This document shows positions 39,788 through 51,274 of a stretch of DNA of 64,000 nt, in pieces; position 1 is the stretch's first letter, and each line of letters begins with the position of its first letter. The notes beneath the pieces are model-generated. The model was not told where the DNA came from. It worked only from the letters and a program-made list of their open reading frames with translations, and did not search any database. The position numbers and the translations under genes are program-made. This DNA comes from Macrostomum lignano (Eukaryota). The stretch is taken from contig NIVC01001372.1 of assembly GCA_002269645.1 (NCBI GenBank), positions 124,001 through 188,000 on the forward strand. Direction: 5' to 3'.

Positions 39788-41130
39788 ATGCATAAAGGTA
39801 CGCTGCTTTGTTGTTGTAATATTACATTTTAAACAGTTTTGCCTATATCGGTAATAGGGCCAGGGGCCTATTGCAAAACGCGAAGCTTCGTAAATATGGC
39901 TCAGATCGTATAATATTCAATTCAATTCAAATTCAATTGTAAAAATCACATGTGCTGCGCTTAGATGTTTTTCCTTAAAACAGTCGAATGGGTTTTAAAA
40001 AGACAAGAAAAACAGTATAGTATATAGTAGTACATAGTATTATAGTATTGAAAACTATTGATATTAATAAAATGAATCTCCTTTTCTGTTCTTTTTAAAG
40101 ATAGGATCGAAAAGGTTGTTTTATTTTCTTTATAGTCACAGTATAGTCATCTTACCCCTTTTATCCATATTAGTATTATATCTATGTAAAAAATATTTAT
40201 TTTTCTATATTTTATTCAAAGAAAATATATCATTTTTAATGAAATTTCGAAATAAAGTGGCAAAATTTCGAGTTCAGCTTCATAGATCATTGAACTAAAT
40301 TAGTTCCACTAGTAAGCCTATTGTTTATTTGTTTAAATGTTTATATTTTTGTTGTTTTCAAATAAAAGTCTAATATAAGCAACTTCAAAGGCAATTCCAG
40401 AAAATATTGGAGGAAGGGGCAAGCTATACTAAGCACTACAACCCAATATTGGAAACTATGCCTTGCATAGTTATAGACCAAAAAGTATGGCCTATGGCGC
40501 AATTTTTTTGGTCATGGCTAAGGCCAAGGGTGGGAGGCAAGAAAGGGCCCCCTGATTGACTTTGTTTCTAGTACTAGGTGACAAATAAATAATGCTAAAA
40601 ATAGTGTAATAAGTATATGCATAGTATTAAAATTTGAGTAAGATATGCATACTTATTGTTAAAATAAACTAACCCTCTCATCAATTTATCAAATCCAATC
40701 TGCAGACAAATCATCTGGAGCTAGTGCACCGCCCTACCAGCAGCAGCAGCAGTACCCGCCGCAGTACCCGCCACAATACCCGCCGCAGTACCCGCCACAA
40801 TACCCGCCACAGTACCCTCCTATGCAGCAGTCTGGTCCGCCTCCACCATACTACTACCAGCAGCAGCCGCAGCAGCCATACTATCCAGCAGGTCCGGCCC
40901 AGCCACCTCAGTACTCCATGCCATCAACCAGCACCACAGTGGTAGTTCAGGGCGCTTTCGACCCCGGCGCCAGATTTGGCGGCGTCTCCCAGGCCAGCAT
41001 CCCGCCGCCGCCGCCGGGCTGCGCGCCGAACGCCGCCCAGATGGCCGCCATGCAGGGCCACACGGTGGTCGGCACTCAGCGTCGAGACAATTTCTTCTGG
41101 GGCGAGACTGGCGGCGGCTGGACCTGGTAG
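39788..41130 (+). CDS. DAZAP2: DAZ-associated protein 2 homolog, join(39788..39797,40706..41130), 144 aa
   Basis: C-terminus VVVQGAFDPGARFG..IPPPPPGCAPNAAQMAAMQGHTVVGTQRRDNFFWGETGGGWTW matches the DAZAP2 signature (GGYDAGARFG..IPPPPPGCPPNAAQLAVMQG..TQRKGNFF.G..GGYT.W). P/Q/Y-rich N-terminus with PPxY motifs. Phase-1 intron AAAG/gtacgc..ctgcag/AC gives MHKDKSS. Confidence 0.92.
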
Positions 41131-42499
41131 CTGGCGGGGCGATTTTTTAAATAACAATTATTAACTCAACTCAAAAATGAGCTATAGAAAAAAGTATAGA
41201 ATGAGGGCTTTGTATAAACAGGTATTAAGCAAGACATGATTAAATGGTCGGCAATATATAGTTGTGTCTTTTTAAACAGATTTCGCTAAGATTTTCTTCT
41301 AGCTTTAGCGCTGGGTTTACCCATAGACAAAATCGGTAGTTAGAAATGTACTAAAAGAGATTGGAACAACTGAAATTTCTTGACCTTTGATCGGCTCGAG
41401 CACCACTTGAGGGTCAATTAAGGATCAGGTCAAGGTCAGCTTATTCACAGGAAAACAAAGCAAAGCTCTAATGTTGTTATGGCGATAATTTTTGTTGCTC
41501 TAAACAAAAGTACACATTCTGAACTATTCCAGAAACAGAAATGATAAATGGCTTTGTTCGATTTGTAATTTTTTATGCAACTCAAAAAAAGTGAAAAAAA
41601 AGTTTGTTTATAGAATATCCCAGGTCGTAAATATTTATAAACTGCAAACGTTCGCACATGCTAAATCTCATTGGCTTGTAAGCTTCCCAAAAAGTAGATG
41701 GTAAAAAATGCAACTTCTGCGCCATGAACTTTTCTGTCTATCAAAGTGTTTCAATTTTGTTTATCCCACAATAGCCAATAAAGATTACACAAGCTGCATG
41801 CTGCTCTGGGCTTTGTTCCTTCAGGCTTTTTAATTCCCTAATTAGACAAAAATTTTAATTATTGTATTGGCCGATTTTTTTTATTTTTTATTCGAAAAAA
41901 ACCATAACTACGTTTTCTTAGAAACATTCGCAAATACAAACAAATATATGACTATTTTTGTTGCATAAGTTTTAAAAATAATGCGCAATCATTACGGTAA
42001 AATGGAATTCCCGCTTTGTTAAACTTGAAAATGCTCTGTTGCTATATTATTTAGAAGTTCGATAAGATTGGAGACGACTCCAGCTGAAGTAAATCAGTCA
42101 TCTTTAATAATTTGTTATTAGTGTCTCTAGGTATAAATGTTGTACCAATGGAAGCTTTAAATTAATTTTAATTTCTTCGTCAGATCTTAATCCTTCAGGA
42201 ATGCTTATGCACCATTTTCGCTGATCGCTGTAATAAATTTTCTGATCATGATAATTAATTTTTTAATAATTCCGAAAAACTAAACAAAAATTATAAAGTT
42301 GCTCGTATTTCGTACAGCACCCAATCGCATGTTTATTCGGGTTAGAAAGCAGTAAAACAAAGTGCTATTTACGCTCATACTAAAGCATTATTGAAATATT
42401 TGTGGTTTATTATTTTCTCTCTATCACAGACAAAATTTGATCACATTATTGAAAAGAGTCACGAATCGAAGTTTTAAATGGAGTTGGCCGCAACCCTAA

Positions 42500-43030
42500 G
42501 GGACGTCTTGGTGGGCGCCCCTGTCTCTTGGTGGGTGCTTCTGTCTCTTGGTGGGCGCCCCTGTCTCTTGGTGGGTGCTTCTGTCTCTTCGTGGGCGCCC
42601 CTGTCTCTTGGTGGGCGCCCCTGTCTCTTGGTGGGCGCCCCTGTCTCTTGGTGGGTGCTTCTGTCTCTTGGTGGGCGCCCCTGTCTCTTGGTGGGTGCTT
42701 CTGTCTCTTGGTGGGCGCCCCTGTCTCTTGGTGGGTGCTTCTGTCTCTTGGTGGGCGCCCCTGTCTCTTGGTGGGTGCTCCTGTCTCTTGGTGGGTGCTT
42801 CTGTCTCTTGGTGGGCGCCCCTGTCTCTTGGTGGGCGCCCCTGTCTCTTGGTGGGCGCCCTGTCTCTTGGTGGGTGCTTCTGTCTCTTGGTGGGCGCCCC
42901 TGTCTCTTGGTGGGTGCTTCTGTCTCTTGGTGGGCGCCCCTGTCTCTTGGTGGGTGCTCCTGTCTCTTGGTGGGCGCCCCTGTCTCTTTGTGGGCGCCCC
43001 TGTCTCTTGGTGAGCGCCCCTGTCTCTTGG
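42500..43030. repeat. 20-bp minisatellite with two interleaved variants (CGCCCCTGTCTCTTGGTGGG / TGCTTCTGTCTCTTGGTGGG), ~26 copies
   Basis: Period 20 visible; explains ORFs 42446..43134. Confidence 0.95.
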
Positions 43031-43900
43031 CACTCTTACCTCTATCTCCCAGGGCCAGGTGGATATCAACGTCCAAGAGGCGACAAAAGTTGATTTCCTA
43101 TCATCTGTCGAGCTTGATTAACTCTTTTACTTAGTGAACCACAGTCTACAGTAAAAAGTTGCCAGAACTTTGAAATATCGTAGATGAGACCGATTTTGTT
43201 AAAATGATTAAAATGAAATGAAACAAGCAGAAATAACGGCAGGAGCTTAATGTCAAAGCTGTTAAAAGGCTGAGGTTCATGAAAATGAAAAAAGAAAGGT
43301 TAATAAAGTCCCTTTAAACATCCTTATAAGGAAAGAAGCCCAGAAAAAAGGTAGACGATAGAAGAGAAGAAGGTCTGATCGCGCACAGACACAGAAAACA
43401 CGAACGGCTTTACCAAGAGAGAAAGTGTGGCGTGATTAATAGAAAACGACCCTAGGTTTTTGAAAACAATAGAATGCGCATCAGAATGGTTCCTATTGTT
43501 AATCAAATCTTTAAATTAGTTTTTTATCTTTTAATATTAGTTTAAGAACACATGTACAAAATAGATTCAGAAATACAAAATATCATTATAAATGTCAATA
43601 ATAATCTGGGTATTAAACACGCCAATTTATTTAAACAAAATTTTTTAGGCGAAATTTAGTTTCGTTTATAAATCCCGATGAAAAGCGAAGGATATTTTAT
43701 ATATATATTGAGTGGTAAATTTATTTTTTATCATTGTTGACGTGATTCTGCACAATAGAGTACATTGAAAACTATAAAAGTACATATCGAGCTAGAAATA
43801 CATACTTGGAAATCATGTACAATTTCTCTAAAAATTTATATTTTTCTAGCACTAATTTAACGATAGATATACGAGCGGTCACAGATACCTAGATAATAAC

Positions 43901-44314
43901 TAGATGGGCCACTCAGCAAATTTGCGTGTAAACTACTTTCAGTTCAGTAGCAAGTTAAACAGAAGAATTTTAATGTATTTTTAAAGCCAAGGCATTCATT
44001 GGCTCTTCACCCCCGGCTTAAACCCGCCAACCGCGCCTTTCCACACTACCCCCCCCCCGCCCCGCCCCAGTTTTTATTCCTTTTCTCGGAATTCCAGCCT
44101 AAAGCTGCCATGTACATTTCAGTGGACTGGCCAATGTACATTATTGCTGAGCCAATTAGCAAGTTGTTTACGCCTGCAAGCTTGGGCTTCTAAACTTATC
44201 AAGGTCATTTCAGCTGCCTTAATTTTTATAAAACAGCTTATGTATTCTTCTGTGCTACTGAACTGAAAGTAGAAAGCTGTTTTGCTAAGTATATATGCCT
44301 GAGTGGCCCATCTA
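43901..44314. mobile_element. 414-bp non-autonomous TIR element (superfamily undetermined)
   Basis: TAGATGGGCCACTCAG (43901-16) and CTGAGTGGCCCATCTA (44299-314) form a perfect 16-bp inverted repeat (or 14-bp TIR plus TA TSD). No ORF inside; G/C-run core. Confidence 0.7.
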
Positions 44315-44446
44315 TTAATTTTAGTATCTGTGCGAGCGCTTAGTGCTAGGAAAAAAAATTCAATGCAATTTCGTGCGAAAACTTGCCTCGAGTGAAAATC
44401 CAATACTATTCAAAAGTGTGATCCAATATGACAAAAAACCGCGGTC

Positions 44447-46780
44447 TCAGTAGTAAAACGACGGCGATAGTTGCTGCTGCTGCATTCGCCTCTCGTGCTC
44501 CATCCGGGCGTCGATGCTGCTGTAGCCGCCGTTCTGCAGCAAGCTGACGGAACCGTTGTACCGGACTCGATTGGACCGGCTGCTGCAGCTGTTGCAGCCA
44601 AAATGCCCGGCTGACTGATAGCTGCTGACAAACTTTACTGACTCCTGATAGCGTCTCAGCCTGCGTGTCAGACTGGCAAATGACCAAAGCATCAAGCACA
44701 GTAAGAGACAGCTGAGTATGCTGGCACCGATGGACAGAGGCAGAACTGGACTGTTCAGTAATTTATTGACTTCGGATGAGTCTGCGGAGTGATTGATACT
44801 AAAATTGACAGGTTTTGAACTCGCGGATTTCATTTCTAATCGAAGGTCCTATTAAGCATGCACCACTTCACAAAACAACTGACTTACATGTGAAAAAGTA
44901 TCGAAAGGACTTAAAATGTCAAAGTGATACGCAAGTTGTGCTTTTACGATCGCACATGCATATGGTCAACACGTGATTTCGATTCAAAATACTTTTGCAA
45001 AATCTGAGTTTCTACCACGTCGTTTGGGCTTCTGCAGAAGAACATATGACATATACCTGTACCTGTACACAGGGGCGTCGCCACCGGGGGGGGGGACATG
45101 TCCCCCCCAGTAAAAGCCACCCACACCTTGTGACCCGGTGTGGAAATCAATAATTTTGTTTTAGGGCACCAAAATAAGTGCCTGTGGCGCCAAAATGAGT
45201 GCCTGTGGCGCCAAAATGAGTGCCTGTGGCGCCAAAATGAGTGCCTGTGGCGACAAAATGAGTGCCTGTGGCGCCAAAATAAGTGCCTATGGCGCCAAAA
45301 TGAGTGCCTGTGGCGCCAAAATGAGTGCCTGTGGCGCCGAAATGAGTGCCTGTGGCGCCAAAAAGAGTGCCTGTGGCGCCAAAAAGAGTGCCTGTCGACT
45401 GTGGCGCCAAAATGAATGCCTGTCGACTGTGGCGCCAAAATGAGTGCATGTGGCGCCAAAATGAGTGCATGTGGCGCCCAAATAAGTGCCTGTGGCACCA
45501 AAATGAATGCCTGTCGACTGTGGCGCCAAAATGAGCGCCTGTCGACTGTGGCGCCAAAATGAGTGCATGTGGTGCCAAAATGAGTGCATGTGGTGCCAAA
45601 ATGAGTGCATGTGGTGCCAAAATGAGTGCATGTGGCGCCAAAAAGAGTGCCTGTTGACTGTGGCGCCAAAAAGAGTGCCTGTTGACTGTGGCGCCAAAAT
45701 GAGCGCTGAAAATACCGATTTGCAAAAAAATGAACTTGTAGGAATTTAGTCATGCATACATGTAAAATTCTTGGCTTTGTCCCCCACCATAAAATCCTTG
45801 GCAACGCTCCTACCTGTACATGTAGCGTTTAAAACGCTTTAAAAACATTTTGTTATGTTCAAAGTCTGCTATAAAAGCTTTTGGTCATGAAAATATAGCA
45901 GAAATTGTAAAATTAGCTCAGCTCCAGTTTAACACGCGACAGCATGAATAACTAAATAAAAAGAACTACATGAAGTACTTTTTAAAGACTTTGTAGTACT
46001 GCTTGAAGTTTTTCATTTCTAGGCGTAGAATTCTCCTCCGTTTTGAACTGCGGGCTTACAGAAATCCTTAGTTTTTTATCTCTCAGAGCTACACACAAGG
46101 ACCACTAGCTTTGAGAGATGAAAAAAACTTGGCTACACACTTCGAAGTTAAAGCAATAATTTGACCTGCATATGTGACTACGAGTATAACAAATATCAGA
46201 TCTCCGCACCTTCCGGAGGCAGTCTCAGCCGCGACAGCAGCTTCACGCACAGGTGCACCATGTAGAACGGCTTCTCAGGCGATCGCATCGCATCGGCGTT
46301 CGTCATCTGATCGAAGTTGATATCCATCTTGTCTGGCCGAAAATCGGCCATCCATACCGATGTTTGACCGCCCTCGCCTCGTCTTTTATCGTCGGCAAAG
46401 AACAGGTACCGAGCCGATGATCGAGCTGAATTCGAATAGTTCGTAGACGAAGGCTGGTCTAGACGGAAACTGGCGAGTATGAGATGAAGCACCGCTGGAC
46501 TCAACAGCAGGTCTCTGTAGGGCAGGTTGGCTCCACGACCGCTGCACGACTGCGACTGACCCTGGTAAGCCGATTTCAGAGTTGAATCCTCTTCGGGATC
46601 GCCCGCTGTGGTCTGGTTGGCTGGGAGTACTCGAAATATGATCTGGGACTCGGTGAAGTGCTCATAGTCTATGGCTAATTCGTGGCTAACCTGCCACTCG
46701 TGCCTGTTGGACGAGACAAGCACATTTATGTTGAGCAGTGCAATGAGAACCAAACATATCTGTTGTGATTTTTGAGCCAT
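44447..46780 (-). CDS. Orphan type I single-pass membrane protein, complement(join(44447..44835,46210..46780)), ~319 aa
   Basis: Signal peptide MAQKSQQICLVLIALLNINVLVSS, N-glycosylation sequons (NQT, NYS, NFS, NHS), TM VLPLSIGASILSCLLLCLMLWSF followed by RRLRR, and a tail ending SPSFYY. The phase-1 junction G/gtgcgg..gattag/AA keeps the frame but the splice sites are weak. Confidence 0.6.
45070..45812. mobile_element. hAT-superfamily non-autonomous element (743 bp) in an intron, carrying a minisatellite
   Basis: Exact 8-bp TSD CCTGTACA at 45062-69 and 45813-20. Imperfect 14-bp TIRs CAGGGGCGTCGCCA / TGGCAACGCTCCTA (11/14 match). Confidence 0.9.
45165..45705. repeat. 21-bp minisatellite (GAGTGCCTGTGGCGCCAAAAT) with longer TCGACTG/TTGACTG-insertion variants, inside the hAT element
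   Basis: 7-residue periodicity in several ORFs (MSACGAK, CLWRQNE). Confidence 0.92.
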
Positions 46781-47454
46781 TTGTTTGGATTAAATGGAAA
46801 CTTCTAACCCAAGAAAGATGAAAATCGGCGTCTAAAAATGAAAGTTATAAACAAGTCATTCATTTTTGTGTGCAGTTTTACTGTTTTGTCCGGAATAGTG
46901 TGGTCAACACAAGTTTTATCCACCAGTAAATTCATTACCTTTGAACGTACAGTTTTGGCCGGAATGTACAGTTGAATTAAAATATAGTCATTATTCGATC
47001 AATCAACGTCAAAAAGTATGCCAATTTTCGCAGGATCACGTGGCTCTTACATGTACATCGCTTTGTACGCTAGTCGTGTGATTTGATGGCGGTGTTAACT
47101 AGCATTTAGCTGATGAGTCAGTTAATTATAAAGTACACCATGCATACTCTCAGCAACGGCAATACCCCTTAACAGTTCACGCTGCCTCGCGTCACGTAAG
47201 TCAAGCAATGTCATTGGCAAATTTAACAGCTCCAAGAGTTCGTATTGGGATCAATCAAGGATGCTATACGATGAGAAACAAAACTTTTGCATGCTCACAG
47301 TTTGTTAACACGTTGCTTAGTCACTAATGACATTGCTGAATTTCTGATGGCTGTTGAGTAGAGTCGAGCACTACAATCTACGCCCCCAGTTAAGGAGCAA
47401 ACGAAGAATGTAATATTTTTTTAAAATAAACTACACGTAGCTTCTGACCTAGTC

Positions 47455-47680
47455 TCAGCCTTGATATCTTATCAATTCCCCCCAAGCCTTGCCATCTCAG
47501 CAATTCCCCCCCAAGTCTTGACATCTCAGCAATTCCCCCCGTAAGCCTTGACATCTCAGCAATTCCCCCCGTAAGCCTTGACATCTCAGAAATTTCCCCC
47601 AAGCCTTGACATCTTAGCAATTCCCCCCGTAAGCCTTGACATCTTAGCAATTCCCCAAGCATTGCCTTCTCAGCGATTCC
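47455..47680. repeat. ~30-bp minisatellite (CCTTGACATCTCAGCAATTCCCCCCGTAAG), ~7 copies
   Basis: Directly visible; explains ORF 47390..47683. Confidence 0.85.
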
Positions 47681-47753
47681 CATTATCAGTATGCTGAGAA
47701 TACGCTTAATATTCTAGTAAACGCTTAAGATTCCAGTGACATGCTGTCTAATA

Positions 47754-48171
47754 CACTCAGAAACAGTCAACTTCTCTCTTACCTCAACCGCAAGTGCAAG
47801 CTGCAGCTGCGTACTCTGCAATGGCCTTCTCGGTGAACGGCCGAACATGAACCCGATCGAACATGTCTGGGATTTCTTAAAGCGTCTGGATTTAAGAAAG
47901 CTTCGGGATGGCCAGGATTTTCTGCCGCGCCGCGTTCTGGGGTTGCCTCGCGGAGTTGCTGCCCTGCTGCAGATCTGGGAGGTGTAACACTCGGATTTGA
48001 GTCCCTGACAGTCCAAACTTTTAAGCAAATCAGCACCGCTCAAATGTTTTGCATAAAATGAAATTGATCTCCTGCATTCACTTCCCCTCAGCTTAATTAG
48101 CCACGCCGCTGAGCAAGTTACGGTACTTGCGGTTGAGGTAAGAGAGTGGCGGTTTTGACTGTTATTGAGTG
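47754..48171 (+). mobile_element. Internally deleted Tc1/mariner element (418 bp) retaining a DDE-domain fragment
   Basis: TA|CACTCAG...TTGAGTG|TA ends. Imperfect TIRs of ~42-47 bp (47754-95 vs 48125-71) share CTCTCTTACCTCAACCGCAAGT. Internal frameshifted LQWPSR / PNMNPIEHVWDFLKR corresponds to the Tc1 WPxxSPDLNPIE motif. Confidence 0.88.
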
Positions 48172-49206
48172 TAGTTGTTCAACTCAGATCTTTTGGGTAC
48201 ATAGTCATGCTACAGGATGCTTTACGCAAATCCTAAAATTTACTCACCTGTGTTCAACAGATGCCCTAAAGTAAAGGAGATAGAGAGCTTAACGTCTCCC
48301 TTTGCGCTAATTGTCCCATAGGGAATACAATCCCTGGATCCCGTCTCGCTTTGCAATTCAATCATTCATTGTCAGTATTATTCATCAGTCTCTGCAGCTG
48401 AAATACTTGTCAGGTGAAAAAAACAGGGGGACCTCGCTATCGGACGACACCAAAGCTACCAATTTTCCATCTAGGACGGGTACCCCTCCTATCGTCTTAT
48501 CTTTTTCTACCCTCGTATCAGTACCATAATGTGTAAGCTATCATTCCCCAAGTTACATCACAATCAAGTGTGATTTTCCTGAGCTTACCAACAAAAATTG
48601 CTTGAAACCTTTTCAATCCCGGGATTGGCAAAACTCGGGATTTTTAATTCCTATTGTCCTATGAACCTCCATCAAGAGATTTAATTGTATGCTACTCTGA
48701 AAAGTTCCACAACAGAATCAACAAATTTCATCGGTGTAACTCCCGTGCCAATTGTCCTTAACTGTTAAAAATAAGCAATAAAAATAGCCAATCGATTCAA
48801 CCTGTTTGATTTTGACAGAGTTAATCAACTTTGATGTATGGATATAGACCAAATAATGACAGATTATACTTTAAATGCAACAACGTAGCTAAAGCCTGAG
48901 TTGTTGGTAAAGTCAAGTCACATTATTAACAAACAAGATGACTTAATCAGGTGACTTCAACTGAGATTGAGCGCTACGTACAATGTACACTAAACAGACA
49001 TTTTATTTCTCTAGCCAATAGGAGCGAGGGGTCAGAAAAACATCACAAAATAAATTATCGATCGATTAGATTACCATTCAACCCAAACAAGTGCCTTTCA
49101 TTTTGAAACTGATAAAAGCTTCCATTCAGATTTCTAACAGGGGCCAATCTATCTCGCACCGGAAGATTTAGAAGCTAAATATCAGCACACCAAAGGACTA
49201 TAGCAT

Positions 49207-50481
49207 ATGCCAACAATGAACATTTTGCTTCTATTATTCGTAGCCAATGTACCACAGCTGACCAACCAGCTGCCGACTGCAGTTGATGCATCGCAGCGAC
49301 AATCGCAGGATTTTCAATCCAGCTGCACTAATCCGTTGCACTTTATCGCTCCTGGCACTCGATGCGCTGGCCCTAACGACAGATTGACCGCCTACTTCAT
49401 GTCGGTTACATCCGAGGACAGCAGCAACTGTCCAGCTCAAAGTGTCTGCTTGACAGAAGCTGAAACAGCCGCTTGTCCGTTAAGCCTGTTGAGTTTCGTC
49501 ACCGGCGAGAATAACTGTCCAACCTGGGCGCCTCTCAGACTGTTCGAGTACTACAACCAGCCTTCTCTGGACACCGTGGTTGAGGTGCAGTTCTCAGCCA
49601 GCATTTGCCCGCTGCGACCTCGCTGCGTACCGTTGCGCTGCTTTGACAATTTCTGCCAGTCGAAGCCTCAGACAGAGCCGGACATCAAGTCTGGAGATGA
49701 AGGAAAAAAAGTCGACAACGAATCTGGTGCTGCAGCTCCCACGAGCTGGAACCGACCAGCTCTGATGCGAAACAAAACTGCCTACTGCGAATTCCTTCAG
49801 TGCGGCTGTCCGGTGACCGAGGCGGACCTGCTGGCCGAGGGCTGTGCAACTCCTGACCAACTGCTGATCATTCGAGCAGATCCGATCAACGGATGTCCAG
49901 CTAAACTGTGCGTCAACAAGCTGCCAGAGTCCCTGGAGCCGCTGTCTCCGCCTAGGAAAGACGTCTCGAACGTCGAAAACAAGCGTCAGGTACCAAGGAA
50001 GGCCCAAGATTGCTCAAGCCGGTCTGTAACCTGTCCGCCTGGCACTAGAGAACTGACTGTGCCTAATCCAGTGCCAGGCAAGTGTCCGGTGCGAATCTGC
50101 CTGGTACCGGAGCTGCTTGAGAACGGCTTCGATACGACAAAAACAGCCGCCACTGATGCTACAGCCGAGGCTGATACTACATTAGAAGAACACGACGTGA
50201 CTCCTGAATCTACTCGTACCGAAACTACGGAGGAGAACGTATCTACTGCGGCTTCTACGGCCGGTGAAACTACCGAGAGTCCCGTTGAAACTACTGTCAT
50301 TCCAACTGCTTCTACTATGAGTAGCGACAGTGTCACGACATCGACCGCTTCTCCAGACGGATCGACGAGTTCATCGACCGCTGCACCGCCTGTAACTACA
50401 GCGGAAGATGTCTTTAAGCGGTCAACTACTGATAGTGACCAGGCTGAATCGAAAATTTTTAATACGACCAGCATTAACTAA
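49207..50481 (+). CDS. Orphan secreted Cys-rich protein with Thr/Ser-rich mucin-like C-terminus, 424 aa, apparently single exon
   Basis: Hydrophobic N-terminus (MPTMNILLLLFVANV), 20 Cys with recurring CP-x3/4-C (CPAQSVC, CPLRPRC, CPAKLC, CPVRIC), ~110-aa T/S/E/A-rich tail, no TM. GC-rich ORF in AT-rich flanks. Confidence 0.8.
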   Translation: MPTMNILLLLFVANVPQLTNQLPTAVDASQRQSQDFQSSCTNPLHFIAPGTRCAGPNDRLTAYFMSVTSEDSSNCPAQSVCLTEAETAACPLSLLSFVTGENNCPTWAPLRLFEYYNQPSLDTVVEVQFSASICPLRPRCVPLRCFDNFCQSKPQTEPDIKSGDEGKKVDNESGAAAPTSWNRPALMRNKTAYCEFLQCGCPVTEADLLAEGCATPDQLLIIRADPINGCPAKLCVNKLPESLEPLSPPRKDVSNVENKRQVPRKAQDCSSRSVTCPPGTRELTVPNPVPGKCPVRICLVPELLENGFDTTKTAATDATAEADTTLEEHDVTPESTRTETTEENVSTAASTAGETTESPVETTVIPTASTMSSDSVTTSTASPDGSTSSSTAAPPVTTAEDVFKRSTTDSDQAESKIFNTTSIN

Positions 50482-51274
50482 AGAAATGATTTTTGTTTTA
50501 CTGAACCCTGTAATTTCAGTTTATAACTGGATCAATACAAAATTTAAACCAATGCTGTAGTTATCTATTGACAAGTTAAAACAAATATAATTTTTTTTGA
50601 ATCGCATAATTTCGATTACCAAATATACAAGCTGTTTTAACCGGTGCGACAGCAAGCATGTTTTAAATGCTTAATAACTTAAGATATGTCAGCTTTCCTA
50701 ATTATTTTCGCTTTCAATCAGACACAATTTTTGAATATTTAAATAGTTACTTTAATGTTTTAATGCCATACATAAGCTTTTCTCGCAATCCGAGTTTTGC
50801 AAAGGCATGAATCGAATTTGTCAGGAAAAAAAAGCAAGAACATCAATCAATAAATCAGTAGCATTTTTCGAGGTTTCGTTGACAGAAGATTGTTTTAATG
50901 TACACTATAACTACTACGTACAATATAGAAACAGAATGAACTTAAAAACAGCAAGCATGCATTAAAACAAAGAAGCGTTTAAGCAGACTTAAGCAACTTT
51001 GAAAGACTATTGAACTTTAGAGACTGTGAACATAAAAAGACGGAAAACATTTTTCTTTTCGATACTACTAATGAGTAAGAACTGACAGAAAGCATAAAAT
51101 CCAGTTACTAGTATGAGAAGAGAAACTTTACAATATTGCATCGCGTGTTCAAAAAATTCCGGAAAGCAGTACTGATTTTGTTATTCTAAAGTAAATTAAA
51201 AAGCTTTTTTAGCTCTGACTTTGTTTTAATCTCGCTCGCATCCTATGAAACGTATATATTGTGAATTTAAATAA

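Noticed and set aside
41375-41440. TGACCTTTGA...GGTCAAGGTCA nuclear-receptor-like inverted motif
   Set aside because: Short and common in invertebrate repeat families; no element boundaries or TSD visible.
42446-43134. Five overlapping ORFs on both strands
   Set aside because: Products of the 20-bp minisatellite.
44944-45804. Multiple 7-aa-periodic ORFs
   Set aside because: Products of the 21-bp repeat inside the hAT element.
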